Of a stretch of DNA of 41,945 nucleotides, positions 1 through 9,095 are shown one piece after another. The notes below the pieces were generated by a model that saw nothing but the letters and a program-made list of their open reading frames with translations, was not told the DNA's origin and did no database searches. A program made the translations under genes and the position numbers. Source of the DNA: a virus (lineage: Duplodnaviria > Caudoviricetes); the IMG/VR virus record IMGVR_UViG_3300033067_000427, positions 1 through 41,945 of that record. One strand, 5' to 3'. Positions within the stretch are counted from its first letter, which is position 1; the number at the start of each line of letters is the position of its first letter.

Positions 1-857
1 GCATCTCCGCCTTTACCACCAGCTAATGTAGAGGTGTTACTACCTCCCCCTGCACCACCTTCCGACATGGCCATATAGGTGGCCTTAGAGATAGCGGAGA
101 TGAAATTCCGTCCACTAGTACCTGCCCCGCCACCGGCAGCTCCACCTAATACGTTAGGGAGCAAAGACCCGGAAGGATGTGTAATTGCTCCACCAGCGGT
201 AGTTGTAGTACCAGCGTTGATACCTCCCCCACCTGCTCCCCCTGAGATAGGTAAGCCAGCTGTGGCGAAACTGACTGCACCACCGGCCACAGCGTTACCT
301 CCAATGATCCCAGCTTGTCCAGCGATAGCTACCCAAACTCCCCAGTTGGCCCCTGACATATTCGCAATAGTTGCAATAGCGGCAGCTGCACCAGCCGCAC
401 CACCTGCACCTGTAGCGCCAGCACCGCCAGCGCCTGAGTTATTCGTTGTTACTAGGGTATGCTCTACACTAGCTGTTGGACTGGTCCTAACTAAGCTAAT
501 ACCGCCAGCTACACCGGCTGCTGCAGCGGCACCACCTTGGGTACCACCAACACCACCCGTACCCCCTGAACCAACTTGTACGTACAGAGTAGAGGGTAGG
601 ATCATGGTAGGAATGACTAGGCGTGTTATACTGCCTGAGCCTCCTCCACCGCCACCACCCCCAGCGGTTGCAGCTGCAGCGGCGAATCCACCCCCGCCTC
701 CACCTCCCCCTGAGCAAGCTACGATAGAACACATGGTAGCATCTGTTGGTACAGTGCAATTGAATAATTGGGTATTAGACGCAACAGAGGATACTGCACC
801 TAAGTATAGGTATTCCCATGATCTCGCACCTGTTGGTAGTCCTACTGGATTATGCAT
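1..857 (-). CDS. Glycine-rich tail-associated protein (3' end runs off the window); paralog of 861..1823
   Basis: Not in the ORF track. Manual translation from ATG at 857 gives MHNPVGLPTGARSWEYLYLGAVSSVASNTQLFNCTVPTDATMCSIVACSGGGGGGGG..., collinear with the adjacent 320-aa protein (shared SLVRTSPTASVEHT and THPxGSL). Confidence 0.8.
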   Translation of the reverse strand, partial: MHNPVGLPTGARSWEYLYLGAVSSVASNTQLFNCTVPTDATMCSIVACSGGGGGGGGFAAAAATAGGGGGGGGSGSITRLVIPTMILPSTLYVQVGSGGTGGVGGTQGGAAAAAGVAGGISLVRTSPTASVEHTLVTTNNSGAGGAGATGAGGAAGAAAAIATIANMSGANWGVWVAIAGQAGIIGGNAVAGGAVSFATAGLPISGGAGGGGINAGTTTTAGGAITHPSGSLLPNVLGGAAGGGAGTSGRNFISAISKATYMAMSEGGAGGGSNTSTLAGGKGGD

Positions 858-860
858 TTT

Positions 861-1823
861 CTATCCCCACGTACATATGTAAACGAAACCTGGTCCACCT
901 GAACCACCTGATCCTGCTGTTCCTGTGGCGCCTTGGGTTCCCCCGCCTCCGCCACCACCACAGCCTGGAGACCCATCTCCCCCTCTTCCACCAGCAGCTG
1001 TGGCTACATTAGCTCCCCCGCCACTGCCACTCTCGACATTAGCCAAATAAGGTCCATTGATCAATCTATCTGAACCTGGATTTCCTAAACCACCAGCATT
1101 CGCACCGGCTAAGACATTGGGGAATAAGGAACCTGTTGGATGTGTGCACGCCCCTGCTGCACCATAAGTGGCTGCAGTACTCACGGCTCCACCACCACCT
1201 CCTCCGCAGGTGATAGTTCCTGCACCCATAGTGATACCACTAGCTGCTACTGGCCCTGTACCATGCGCGCCCACGTTGGCACCAGCACCAGCAATAACGT
1301 TCCACATACCTAAATTAGCACCAGCCATATTGGCTATAGCACCAACTGTACCGGCTGCGCCAAAAGTACCTGGGTTAGCGGCTACAGCAGCAGCTCCGCC
1401 ACCTCCCCCACCACTTTGCATGATTGTGTGTTCAACGCTAGCAGTAGGACTTGTTCTCACGAGACTTGTACCACCCGCCTTACCTGCACCGGCTGCGCCA
1501 GCATTAACTGAACCAGCTCCGCCTGTCCCTCCAGATCCTACTTGGATCCACAGGTTAGCGGGTAACCATGCGGTAGATAGAAGAATAGCCCCATAGGCTC
1601 CAGCTCCCCCACCACCACCTCCACAACCGATAGCGGCTGCGGTATTAGCAAAGCCACCGCCTCCTCCTCCACCGCCACCCATAACCATGATGAACATCAT
1701 ACGGGCATCAGCAGGTACAGGCCAGCTAAACCCTTGGGTATTGGATGCTACAGACGAGACAGTGCCTTTCCAGAGAAATTCCCTGGTAGGCTTGCCTGAA
1801 GGTAGTCCAACAGGGTTATGCAT
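861..1823 (-). CDS. Glycine-rich domain virion/tail fibre-associated protein
   Basis: Fx-W-VP start, GGGGGGG runs, VGSGGTGG and C-terminal GGxGGPGFVYI are typical of phage Gly-rich tail domains; lies downstream of the tail fibre gene. Confidence 0.75.
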   Translation of the reverse strand: MHNPVGLPSGKPTREFLWKGTVSSVASNTQGFSWPVPADARMMFIMVMGGGGGGGGGFANTAAAIGCGGGGGGAGAYGAILLSTAWLPANLWIQVGSGGTGGAGSVNAGAAGAGKAGGTSLVRTSPTASVEHTIMQSGGGGGGAAAVAANPGTFGAAGTVGAIANMAGANLGMWNVIAGAGANVGAHGTGPVAASGITMGAGTITCGGGGGGAVSTAATYGAAGACTHPTGSLFPNVLAGANAGGLGNPGSDRLINGPYLANVESGSGGGANVATAAGGRGGDGSPGCGGGGGGGTQGATGTAGSGGSGGPGFVYICTWG

Positions 1824-1824
1824 T

Positions 1825-2262
1825 CTAGTAGTCTCCGCCTACAGCAGTAACCATCCAGTAAGCATTCGCAGTGAAAGCAGTGATACCAACGTAGATACGG
1901 TAGCTAGGAGGTAAAGCGATATTCAGAGGAATCTCGAAGCTAGGTACAGCGGCTGTGGCCGTTACACCTGTTACAGTAGCTGGTAACCCTAATTCGCGAA
2001 TAAGGACGTTATTAGTAGCGGTACCTGGTGTAGACCCATTGTTCAGGTAGATCCTAGCAGCTGCGACGGCTGTAGTAGGAGCCCCTGAGTTTGAGCGAGG
2101 GGTGAAGATAAGCTTTTGAAGGAAGCTACCATCTGTAGCGTCCGCTGTAAAGACCAATACGTCATTAGCACTGGTACCGTCAGATACAGCATCAGCAGTT
2201 GTAACCTGACCCCACGATACGACAGGTACTAGGGTGAAGATAGGTGAAGTATTCTGTGCCAT
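1825..2262 (-). CDS. Putative virion structural (tail-associated) protein
   Basis: 145-aa beta-rich ORF (PIF N-terminus, GGDY C-terminus) tightly packed in the tail module. Confidence 0.6.
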   Translation of the reverse strand: MAQNTSPIFTLVPVVSWGQVTTADAVSDGTSANDVLVFTADATDGSFLQKLIFTPRSNSGAPTTAVAAARIYLNNGSTPGTATNNVLIRELGLPATVTGVTATAAVPSFEIPLNIALPPSYRIYVGITAFTANAYWMVTAVGGDY

Positions 2263-2279
2263 GTTTTATGACTCCATTA

Positions 2280-4436
2280 TTAAGATAAGAATAGATTATG
2301 ACTTACACAGTAGATCAAACCCGTTGGGGTAGTGCCACCACCGCCTGTAGCGGCAATGGTAATTGTATCAGTGCCGGCATTAGTAGTAATAGTTACATTA
2401 GACCCAGCTACTAGCGTTAGGGTATCGGAGGTACTGTCTGCAACAACATCGGATTGACCAGAGACAGAGATAGTGCCGAACACATTAGGTAGTGTTTGGT
2501 CACCCGTATTGGTGCCTGAGCTAGTTCCTGTGTGCGTACCACTGATACTTGCATTACCTGTGGCTGTCAACGTGAAGCCATCTTGGATTGTTAATGTAGA
2601 CCCAGTTGCAGGTTGCGTCACTGTGACTTTATTTAGTGAGGTAGCTGTTGCCACACCTAATACGGGTGTGACCAATGTTGGGCTTGTGTCCATCACAAAC
2701 TTACTACCTGTACCTGTCTGCGAAGCTACGGCAGTCGCATTACCAGTAGAAGTGATAGGGCCCGTAAGGTTTGCATTGGTGGTAACAGTGGCTGCATTTC
2801 CTGTAGTAGATCCAGAAGAGCCAGACACATTTCCGGTAACATTTCCTACTAGAGCGCCAGTAAAGGTCGTGCTACCTAAGTTACCTGTATTTGAGTTATA
2901 GGTGAGGGCTGCATTAGACTTAGGGGGTAGATCTCCAGTAGCTGCTGTAGTAAACAGCGGAAAACAAGTGGTGTCTGTGCCTTCGTTGGAAATTGTAATA
3001 TTAGCAGGAGTGATTGCTGCAGTACCATCAAAGTTTACACCACCAATTGCCCTAGGTGTAGCTAATGCTGTCGCAGTAGAAGCGTTCCCTGTCAGGGCCC
3101 CGACAAAAGTTGTGGTAGCTAGGCTATTGGCTGATGCGTCATAAGTTAGTCCAGGGTCAGTAGAGACAACTTGGTTAGCCCCTGTAACATTGCGAGATAG
3201 CATGGGCCAGGTAGTAGTATCAGCTGCCGCATCTGCAACTGTAACTGAATCTACTGTCATTACTGTGCCCGCACCAGAGACTGTTACATCGCCATAGTCA
3301 GCATCAGATAGCCCGCCTCCCCCACCAGCGGCATTGATCGTTATAGAGTCTGTTGTTGCATTGGTCGTTATGGTTACATTGGTACCGGCGACTAAAGTGA
3401 GCGTATCTGCAGTTGTGTCGGCAACAACGTCGCTCTGCCCTGAGACTGAAATTGTTTTAAAAACTAGCTGATCGCCAGTATTAGTGCCACTATGGGTGCC
3501 GTTGGTGATAGTGGCTGAGCCATTTACCGTCAGAGTTTGTGCATCTGCAATTGTCAGTGTTGACCCAGTAGCTGGGGCTGTTAGCGCGACTTTATTGATT
3601 GAGGTTGCAGTAGCAACACCAAGAACCGGAGTAACTAATGTAGGACTAGTATCTACAACGAATTTTGATCCCGTGCCTGTTTGACTGGCTATACTAGTGG
3701 TGTTACCTACGGACGTTATTGGCCCAGTCAGATTGGCATTAGTGGTTACCGTAGACGCGTTACCACTGACATTGCCCGTTAAGGGCCCTGAGAAGCCCGT
3801 AGCGGCGAGTACGCCTGTGTTAGAGTTAAACGTTAGGCCAGCGTTAGTTTTAGGCCCTAGATCCCCTGTAGCGGCCGTAAAGAAGGCAGGAAAGCATGTA
3901 GTGTCGGTCGCCTCATTTGCAACCGTAATAATGGTCTGTGTAGGAACAGAAGTCAGGTAGCCAGCGTTATTGGTCCATTGAGAGATGTTACCACTTTTAT
4001 TGCTGAAAGTAACAGTGGACGTGGCCAGATCAGTAATATCGGCTGAAACATGGGTATGACCAACGGCCGAGATACCAGCAGCTGCTAGAGTTCTATTGAC
4101 CCACGCCGAACCATTATATTGTAGCAGATTGTTTGAGGCAAGACCAGACAGGGTAACATCGGTGAGTGTAGCAATAGACCCACCGCCGCCTCCGCCAGTG
4201 CCCCACGACAAAGTACCGGCACCATCAGTCTTTAAGACTTGGTTAGCTGTACCATAGTCCGTTGGCCATATGGAACCATTAAGACTTATGTTGACACTTG
4301 ATAATTTAAGTGGGCTATTGGTACCTTCCCCATCACTCACTGTTCGAAGATTAGAATCGATTCCAGTATTGGAATTACTAACTTGAAGGAGATCTCGGTA
4401 AGTGTCTTTGACCTTTTGGCCCTGCAGACTGGACAT
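2280..4436 (-). CDS. Tail fibre protein with internal duplication
   Basis: Thr/Gly/Ser-rich 718 aa; GTANQVLKTDGAGTLSW, LATLTDV..LLQYNGSAWVN and HTH fibre motifs; a ~200-aa block occurs twice. Confidence 0.8.
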   Translation of the reverse strand: MSSLQGQKVKDTYRDLLQVSNSNTGIDSNLRTVSDGEGTNSPLKLSSVNISLNGSIWPTDYGTANQVLKTDGAGTLSWGTGGGGGGSIATLTDVTLSGLASNNLLQYNGSAWVNRTLAAAGISAVGHTHVSADITDLATSTVTFSNKSGNISQWTNNAGYLTSVPTQTIITVANEATDTTCFPAFFTAATGDLGPKTNAGLTFNSNTGVLAATGFSGPLTGNVSGNASTVTTNANLTGPITSVGNTTSIASQTGTGSKFVVDTSPTLVTPVLGVATATSINKVALTAPATGSTLTIADAQTLTVNGSATITNGTHSGTNTGDQLVFKTISVSGQSDVVADTTADTLTLVAGTNVTITTNATTDSITINAAGGGGGLSDADYGDVTVSGAGTVMTVDSVTVADAAADTTTWPMLSRNVTGANQVVSTDPGLTYDASANSLATTTFVGALTGNASTATALATPRAIGGVNFDGTAAITPANITISNEGTDTTCFPLFTTAATGDLPPKSNAALTYNSNTGNLGSTTFTGALVGNVTGNVSGSSGSTTGNAATVTTNANLTGPITSTGNATAVASQTGTGSKFVMDTSPTLVTPVLGVATATSLNKVTVTQPATGSTLTIQDGFTLTATGNASISGTHTGTSSGTNTGDQTLPNVFGTISVSGQSDVVADSTSDTLTLVAGSNVTITTNAGTDTITIAATGGGGTTPTGLIYCVSHNLFLS

Positions 4437-4448
4437 TATTAGTCCTTT

Positions 4449-4841
4449 TTATTCTTGACGCACATATAGGAAAATGGAAACTTCCGAACCCGCTGCAAGC
4501 CCTGTCGTAGTCAGAACGATGTTACCAGTAGCTCCTGTACCATTGGGGTTCTTTACTCCACCAAAATCTCTAAGATCCGCTTCGGAATCTCCACCAGCTG
4601 GATTAATTGATATGATAGGGCTTTTAGTAGTCTGGTCCCACTCTAATCTGAGTACACATTGAGAACCATAGGCTCTAACGCGCTCGACACAGCCTTTAGA
4701 AACGTTGTTAACGAAGGAGGCATTATTGAAGATAACAGTAGCTGCTTCCTGTGTGCCATCTGAAATGATACGGATATGGCGAACTATGTTTCGCTCAGAG
4801 CCAGCTCCGCAGAGAGTTGTTTGTACTAGGGTATTAGCCAT
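4449..4841 (-). CDS. Putative virion structural protein
   Basis: 130 aa; DLRDFGG..N..GTG.TGNI.LTT motif seen in phage structural-module proteins; synteny. Confidence 0.55.
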   Translation of the reverse strand: MANTLVQTTLCGAGSERNIVRHIRIISDGTQEAATVIFNNASFVNNVSKGCVERVRAYGSQCVLRLEWDQTTKSPIISINPAGGDSEADLRDFGGVKNPNGTGATGNIVLTTTGLAAGSEVSIFLYVRQE

Positions 4842-4862
4842 GGTTGTGTTTCCTTACTTGTG

Positions 4863-5444
4863 TTATACGGTAGCGCTGGTATTGTTGGCTTCAGCCCCAG
4901 TACCAGAGAGTATTTCTCTAACATACCACAGGTTTGCGGCAATGTCAACTAATTCTATCATATCTCCCTTAATTCCTCCACTGGTAGAACCATTGAAGGT
5001 AAGAGTGTCGTTTGTTCCCCCGATCTCAAAGTGGAGGGCTGTGTCACCTCCATCCTGGAAGATTGTACCAAAGCCCACCATTGTATCAGAGGCGTTGGCC
5101 ACCTTAATGGTTGTAGCGCTTGAGGTAATGGTCGTTCCAATGAAGACCCTGAACCAAGACCCAGAGCCAGTGGCGGCGGGAAGGGTTAGAGCACAGCCAT
5201 TGGCTTTGTTGACTACAAGGATTTTGCTATCATGAACTGCGGCTGACATAGTGACGGTCGCAGCCGTAGTCGTTACGATTCTTGAGCTTACACTAGCTAC
5301 GCGATTAATCTCTGCAGCAGTGGCGGTAACTAAGACCCCTCCCAACTTTAGGCCCTTGGTTAGGCCATCGTGAACTGAGATATCAGTCGAAGCGGTGGCA
5401 TCTACAATGAGATTGTCTGCACCTGTGTAAATATGATAAGCCAT
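4863..5444 (-). CDS. Virion head/fibre-like protein, paralog 3
   Basis: Shares HDG.T.GLKL.G.LVTATAA and TLPAATGSG..F.F motifs with the two adjacent genes. Confidence 0.65.
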   Translation of the reverse strand: MAYHIYTGADNLIVDATASTDISVHDGLTKGLKLGGVLVTATAAEINRVASVSSRIVTTTAATVTMSAAVHDSKILVVNKANGCALTLPAATGSGSWFRVFIGTTITSSATTIKVANASDTMVGFGTIFQDGGDTALHFEIGGTNDTLTFNGSTSGGIKGDMIELVDIAANLWYVREILSGTGAEANNTSATV

Positions 5445-5462
5445 ATCTGTTTCCTTTGTTTG

Positions 5463-6275
5463 TTAAACTGTATTTGACCAGGGCGACGTGCCTGTGCCGT
5501 TATCCACACTCATGATTTGAGCAGACCATTTATTTGTGGCGAAATCAATCAGCGTCACAAAAGTACCCACCTTACCACCTTTAGCGCCACCATTTAGGGT
5601 GATTGTGTCATCATTGGCAGCAGCTTCCTTCATTACTGGCGAAACACCGCCCTGACCCTGTAAAGCGTATCCAAACATAGAATCACTGGAATTCGCTACT
5701 TTAATAATTCGATCATTTGTTCCGACAGCAGAGATTAGAAATCTAAAGAAGTTCCCACTTCCTGTGGCAGCTGGAAGAGTGATAGTGCAGGTACCAGCCG
5801 TATAAGATACGGTAATTAAAGCTCCGCCATGAGTAGCCGCAGTCACTGTCAGGGAGGCAGCATTGAGATCGATCACTGTGAGCGCGGTAGCTCCTAAGGC
5901 ATTAATCTCTGCAGCAGTCTTAGTGATAGCATGCAACTTCACCAAGTCCGCATTGGACACACCGCTAGCTGTTAGGGTGTTTACTTCCGCTGCACTCGCT
6001 GTAACCGCATGTAGCTTGACTAGGTCAGCATTGGTTACCCCAGATGATGCCAACGTATTCAACTCTGCCGTTGTAGAGGTTAACCCTGCTAGCTTATTAA
6101 TTTCAGAGGTTGAGGCTGTTACCCCATCCAGTTTGTTTAGCTCTGCAGCTGAGGCTGTAACAAGAGTACCACCAAGCTTTAAGCCTTTGGTGGCTGTATC
6201 GTGCTGTGTGATATCAACAGTACTAGCAGTGGGATTCACTGTAATATTGTTGTTGTATGTCTTGTTTATTGCCAT
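5463..6275 (-). CDS. Virion head/fibre-like protein, paralog 2, with T-x-x-x-x-E-x-N-x-L repeats
   Basis: Likely start is MAINK (ATG at 6275, AAGGA SD) rather than 6305; same motifs as its paralogs plus five helical repeats. Confidence 0.65.
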   Translation of the reverse strand: MAINKTYNNNITVNPTASTVDITQHDTATKGLKLGGTLVTASAAELNKLDGVTASTSEINKLAGLTSTTAELNTLASSGVTNADLVKLHAVTASAAEVNTLTASGVSNADLVKLHAITKTAAEINALGATALTVIDLNAASLTVTAATHGGALITVSYTAGTCTITLPAATGSGNFFRFLISAVGTNDRIIKVANSSDSMFGYALQGQGGVSPVMKEAAANDDTITLNGGAKGGKVGTFVTLIDFATNKWSAQIMSVDNGTGTSPWSNTV

Positions 6276-6297
6276 TGTATTCCTTGGAAGATAAACC

Positions 6298-6335
6298 CAT
6301 TGCAAGGAAGCATCTTGCGATGCCTCAATGCAATA
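6298..6335 (-). terminator. Intergenic stem-loop (terminator/attenuator or mRNA stabiliser)
   Basis: Minus strand ATTGCA..GCATC-GCAA-GATGC..TGCAAT with a GNRA loop; short U tail. Confidence 0.45.
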
Positions 6336-6345
6336 GACTTAACCA

Positions 6346-6915
6346 TTAGCTGATTGGAGTTGCAACAACACCAGTAGCTTGTTGGATAATTTCCAATGAG
6401 TACAGCCCAGCAGCAACATCAACGATTCGAATGATATCACCGATGATGCCTCCGCGGGTTGACCCATCCATCGTAATAGTGCGATGTGATGTACCATTAG
6501 CCGCATACCCAAGTACTGACGTACCTACTTTAGCTTGAACCACAGTACCAGCAAGAAAGTTACTTGCAGGAGATGTGATTGTGGTAGAGGACGAAGTGAC
6601 CGTCGTGCCAATTACAAAGTTATACCGAGTACCAGCTCCAGTAGCAGCGGGCAATGTCAGGGCAATACCTGCAGCTGAATTGATGGTTACAGTTCTACCA
6701 CCATGCGCAGCCACTGTGATAGCACCAGCAGCAGTCACATTAACGGGAGCGCCAGCGACCCCATTAGATACGAGACTGTTCAATTGTGCAGCAGTAGCCG
6801 TTACCAGCGTACCTGCTAACTTCAGTCCTTGTGTAGATCCATCATGCTTAGCAATATCAACTGTGTTCGCAACTTGATCACAATTAAGATTACCATTATA
6901 CATTTTACTAGCCAT
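6346..6915 (-). CDS. Virion head/fibre-like protein, paralog 1
   Basis: Directly downstream of the capsid gene; AAGGAG SD; shared paralog motifs. Confidence 0.65.
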   Translation of the reverse strand: MASKMYNGNLNCDQVANTVDIAKHDGSTQGLKLAGTLVTATAAQLNSLVSNGVAGAPVNVTAAGAITVAAHGGRTVTINSAAGIALTLPAATGAGTRYNFVIGTTVTSSSTTITSPASNFLAGTVVQAKVGTSVLGYAANGTSHRTITMDGSTRGGIIGDIIRIVDVAAGLYSLEIIQQATGVVATPIS

Positions 6916-6930
6916 TTATTATTCTCCTTA

Positions 6931-6985
6931 TAAAATTAGGGGCCCAGCCAGGGAAGGCCAGGGTGGCTAAACCCCAGGCCCCTAA
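6931..6985 (-). terminator. Stem-loop after the major capsid gene (probable leaky terminator)
   Basis: 9-bp inverted repeat TTAGGGGCC/GGCCCCTAA followed by TTTT on the minus strand. Confidence 0.6.
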
Positions 6986-7000
6986 AGTGTTTAATTAGCC

Positions 7001-7918
7001 TTACGCGCCTTGATTTAAGTACGCAGCACGCCAGTCTAAGTGACCCAATGAGTAACGCATTACGGTCTTAACCTTAGCGTTATCATTGTCGAACACGTTA
7101 TCCATGCTCATTGTCGGTGCCATACGGTTCAGGAAGATTAATCCTTCACCAGGGGCAGCGTCAGTCAAAAAGTGATAGGCAGTAGTGTTAGTCAAATGCG
7201 GACTAACAATTACTTCTGGAATCACGCCCATGTCTTTGATAGCATTTAAGGTGTTATCAGGAGTATAGACTTGTCCAGCACTACCAAGGATTCGGCGAAT
7301 TTCAAACTCTTTACCTAAAGGTACGATGATTGATTTTGGACGAACATTGATAATGTGGCCTGCTTCATTCAGAAACTGACCAATTGCAATTACTGCATTT
7401 TCAATTCCTAACTCAGACAATGCTACAGATGAGCTAGCTAAGTTAGATTGGTTACCAGCAGCGGTAGGATGTGAAGCGCTATAAAGAGCTACGCCATCGC
7501 CACCAGGAGCGCTTGCATTAACAGTACCACCATCTAAGTAAGCAGCAGCTGCTAACTCTTTATGTAGACGCATAACACGACCCATTTCTTGACCCTTTAA
7601 GGCAGCTAGAGGGCTGTCTTTGCAGTCATCCATGGCAAACTTGGTAATTTGCATACCAAGGCCGTAGGCTGCGTGGGTGAAGATTTGAGGCCAGAGTTCT
7701 GACATCGTATGATACTTAACGCTAGAACCTTCTGACATTTGATCTGGCAGATCGAGAGCCCCTACTTTATAGAAGCGTTCGAAAGCACGATCAGACGAAC
7801 GAACTTCGAAAATTCGAGAAAAGATCTCGGGTTTTTCAGCATACCCTACGCCGAAGGCCTTAGCTAACTCTGGTTGTAAAGAGGTACTAAAGGATGCGGT
7901 TGTAATTATTCCACTCAT
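7001..7918 (-). CDS. Major capsid protein (HK97 fold, Mu gpT-like family)
   Basis: 305 aa; S.RAFE, EG..V.Y, YGLG.QIT, DGVAL.S.SHP, P..IIVP and RYS.G..DWR motifs; position after scaffold and decoration genes. Confidence 0.85.
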   Translation of the reverse strand: MSGIITTASFSTSLQPELAKAFGVGYAEKPEIFSRIFEVRSSDRAFERFYKVGALDLPDQMSEGSSVKYHTMSELWPQIFTHAAYGLGMQITKFAMDDCKDSPLAALKGQEMGRVMRLHKELAAAAYLDGGTVNASAPGGDGVALYSASHPTAAGNQSNLASSSVALSELGIENAVIAIGQFLNEAGHIINVRPKSIIVPLGKEFEIRRILGSAGQVYTPDNTLNAIKDMGVIPEVIVSPHLTNTTAYHFLTDAAPGEGLIFLNRMAPTMSMDNVFDNDNAKVKTVMRYSLGHLDWRAAYLNQGA

Positions 7919-7928
7919 ATACTACTCC

Positions 7929-8573
7929 TTATACACCAGCTACGATATTAGCTTGGCGATTTTGGTTGATACTTACTTCCCAAACACAAGCAACAGCGCC
8001 AGTGTCATTATTAGGAATATCAGCAACTCCCAAAATTTTCAATTGGAAGGCCGCGGTGGTTGCAGGTGCGGTAGTTGTACCAGCATCAAGCTTCACACCA
8101 GAGACACCAGTTACTGTGTCACCAGAGCCATCAATCAAGACCGCATTCAGTCCAACAGTAGTAGCAGCAAGAACAGCACCACCATCATCGCGAACGTGGA
8201 AAAGAACGTCTGGGCCTAGAACAACAAGAGCAACGCGCTCTGTAGAGGCTTTACCATAGATCTGTTTACCAGCAATGGTTGTAGCCAAAACAGATGCTGG
8301 AGTAGGGTCAAACCCAACTACAACGCCATCGATGATGTTACCAGTACCAAAAGCGGCACGATTAACTTCGGCTAAAGAGCCGATTTTGTACTTAGAACTG
8401 CAAGTAGCTACTGCAGCAGTATTGGAAGTACCTGTCTTAACGACTGGATCTCCAATAAACACGTCTGTAGCATAGGATGCAGGAATATACATACGCACTA
8501 CATTGCCGTCGAATGAACGACCGTCAACAAAGCGCACAGGTTTTAAGCCCATCTTAAAAGTGGGATTAGCCAT
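7929..8573 (-). CDS. Putative capsid decoration/cement protein
   Basis: MAN..GLKPV, F.GDPV and GVVVG pattern; immediately upstream of the capsid gene. Confidence 0.6.
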   Translation of the reverse strand: MANPTFKMGLKPVRFVDGRSFDGNVVRMYIPASYATDVFIGDPVVKTGTSNTAAVATCSSKYKIGSLAEVNRAAFGTGNIIDGVVVGFDPTPASVLATTIAGKQIYGKASTERVALVVLGPDVLFHVRDDGGAVLAATTVGLNAVLIDGSGDTVTGVSGVKLDAGTTTAPATTAAFQLKILGVADIPNNDTGAVACVWEVSINQNRQANIVAGV

Positions 8574-8589
8574 GTCTTATTTCCTTAAT

Positions 8590-9081
8590 TTAAATTTTTT
8601 CTTCTCGGTAACCAATACCGGAGGCAAAATCACTTTGTGAAGAGATTTCACCTTTTAGAGATCCTTGACCGTGGAGGCGGGCTTTGCTTCTAGCAGCTTC
8701 TTCTGCTTGATCGGCTTCGTACCAGTCCTTCCTTTTGATCATCATAACAAAACGATGGGCATCAGCGTCCTTATCCCGGTTGGCGGTCACTAAGATCCGT
8801 CCACCTTGTTCGTCTTTTGCATATTCCCAATCTTGGTCATATAGAAATTCGCATTGATCCATCCGAGGATCTTCAAAGCGAGCTACATAGCCTTCCGGGA
8901 TATACTTATTATATCTAGCCAATAAATCTCTAGTAGCTCCCAGACCCATCTTCTTGCGTCGTCGTTCTACTTTAGTTACCTGTGAGCCTTCAGTCGTATC
9001 CACAACTTCAATGGCTCGGTCCTCTGCGGACTTCGTTAAGCGTCTACGCTCAATTTTTGTTTCTTGTACGTCACTTGACAT
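8590..9081 (-). CDS. Conserved head-module hypothetical protein
   Basis: 163 aa; IPEGY..R, WEY and MMIK.KDWYE.D pattern; lies between scaffold and capsid genes. Confidence 0.55.
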   Translation of the reverse strand: MSSDVQETKIERRRLTKSAEDRAIEVVDTTEGSQVTKVERRRKKMGLGATRDLLARYNKYIPEGYVARFEDPRMDQCEFLYDQDWEYAKDEQGGRILVTANRDKDADAHRFVMMIKRKDWYEADQAEEAARSKARLHGQGSLKGEISSQSDFASGIGYREEKI

Positions 9082-9095
9082 AATTTAACTCCTTG

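Noticed and set aside
79-1596. Pro/Ala-rich plus-strand ORFs (79..882, 1168..1596)
   Set aside because: Antisense shadows of the Gly-rich minus-strand genes (GGN codons read as Pro-rich on the opposite strand).
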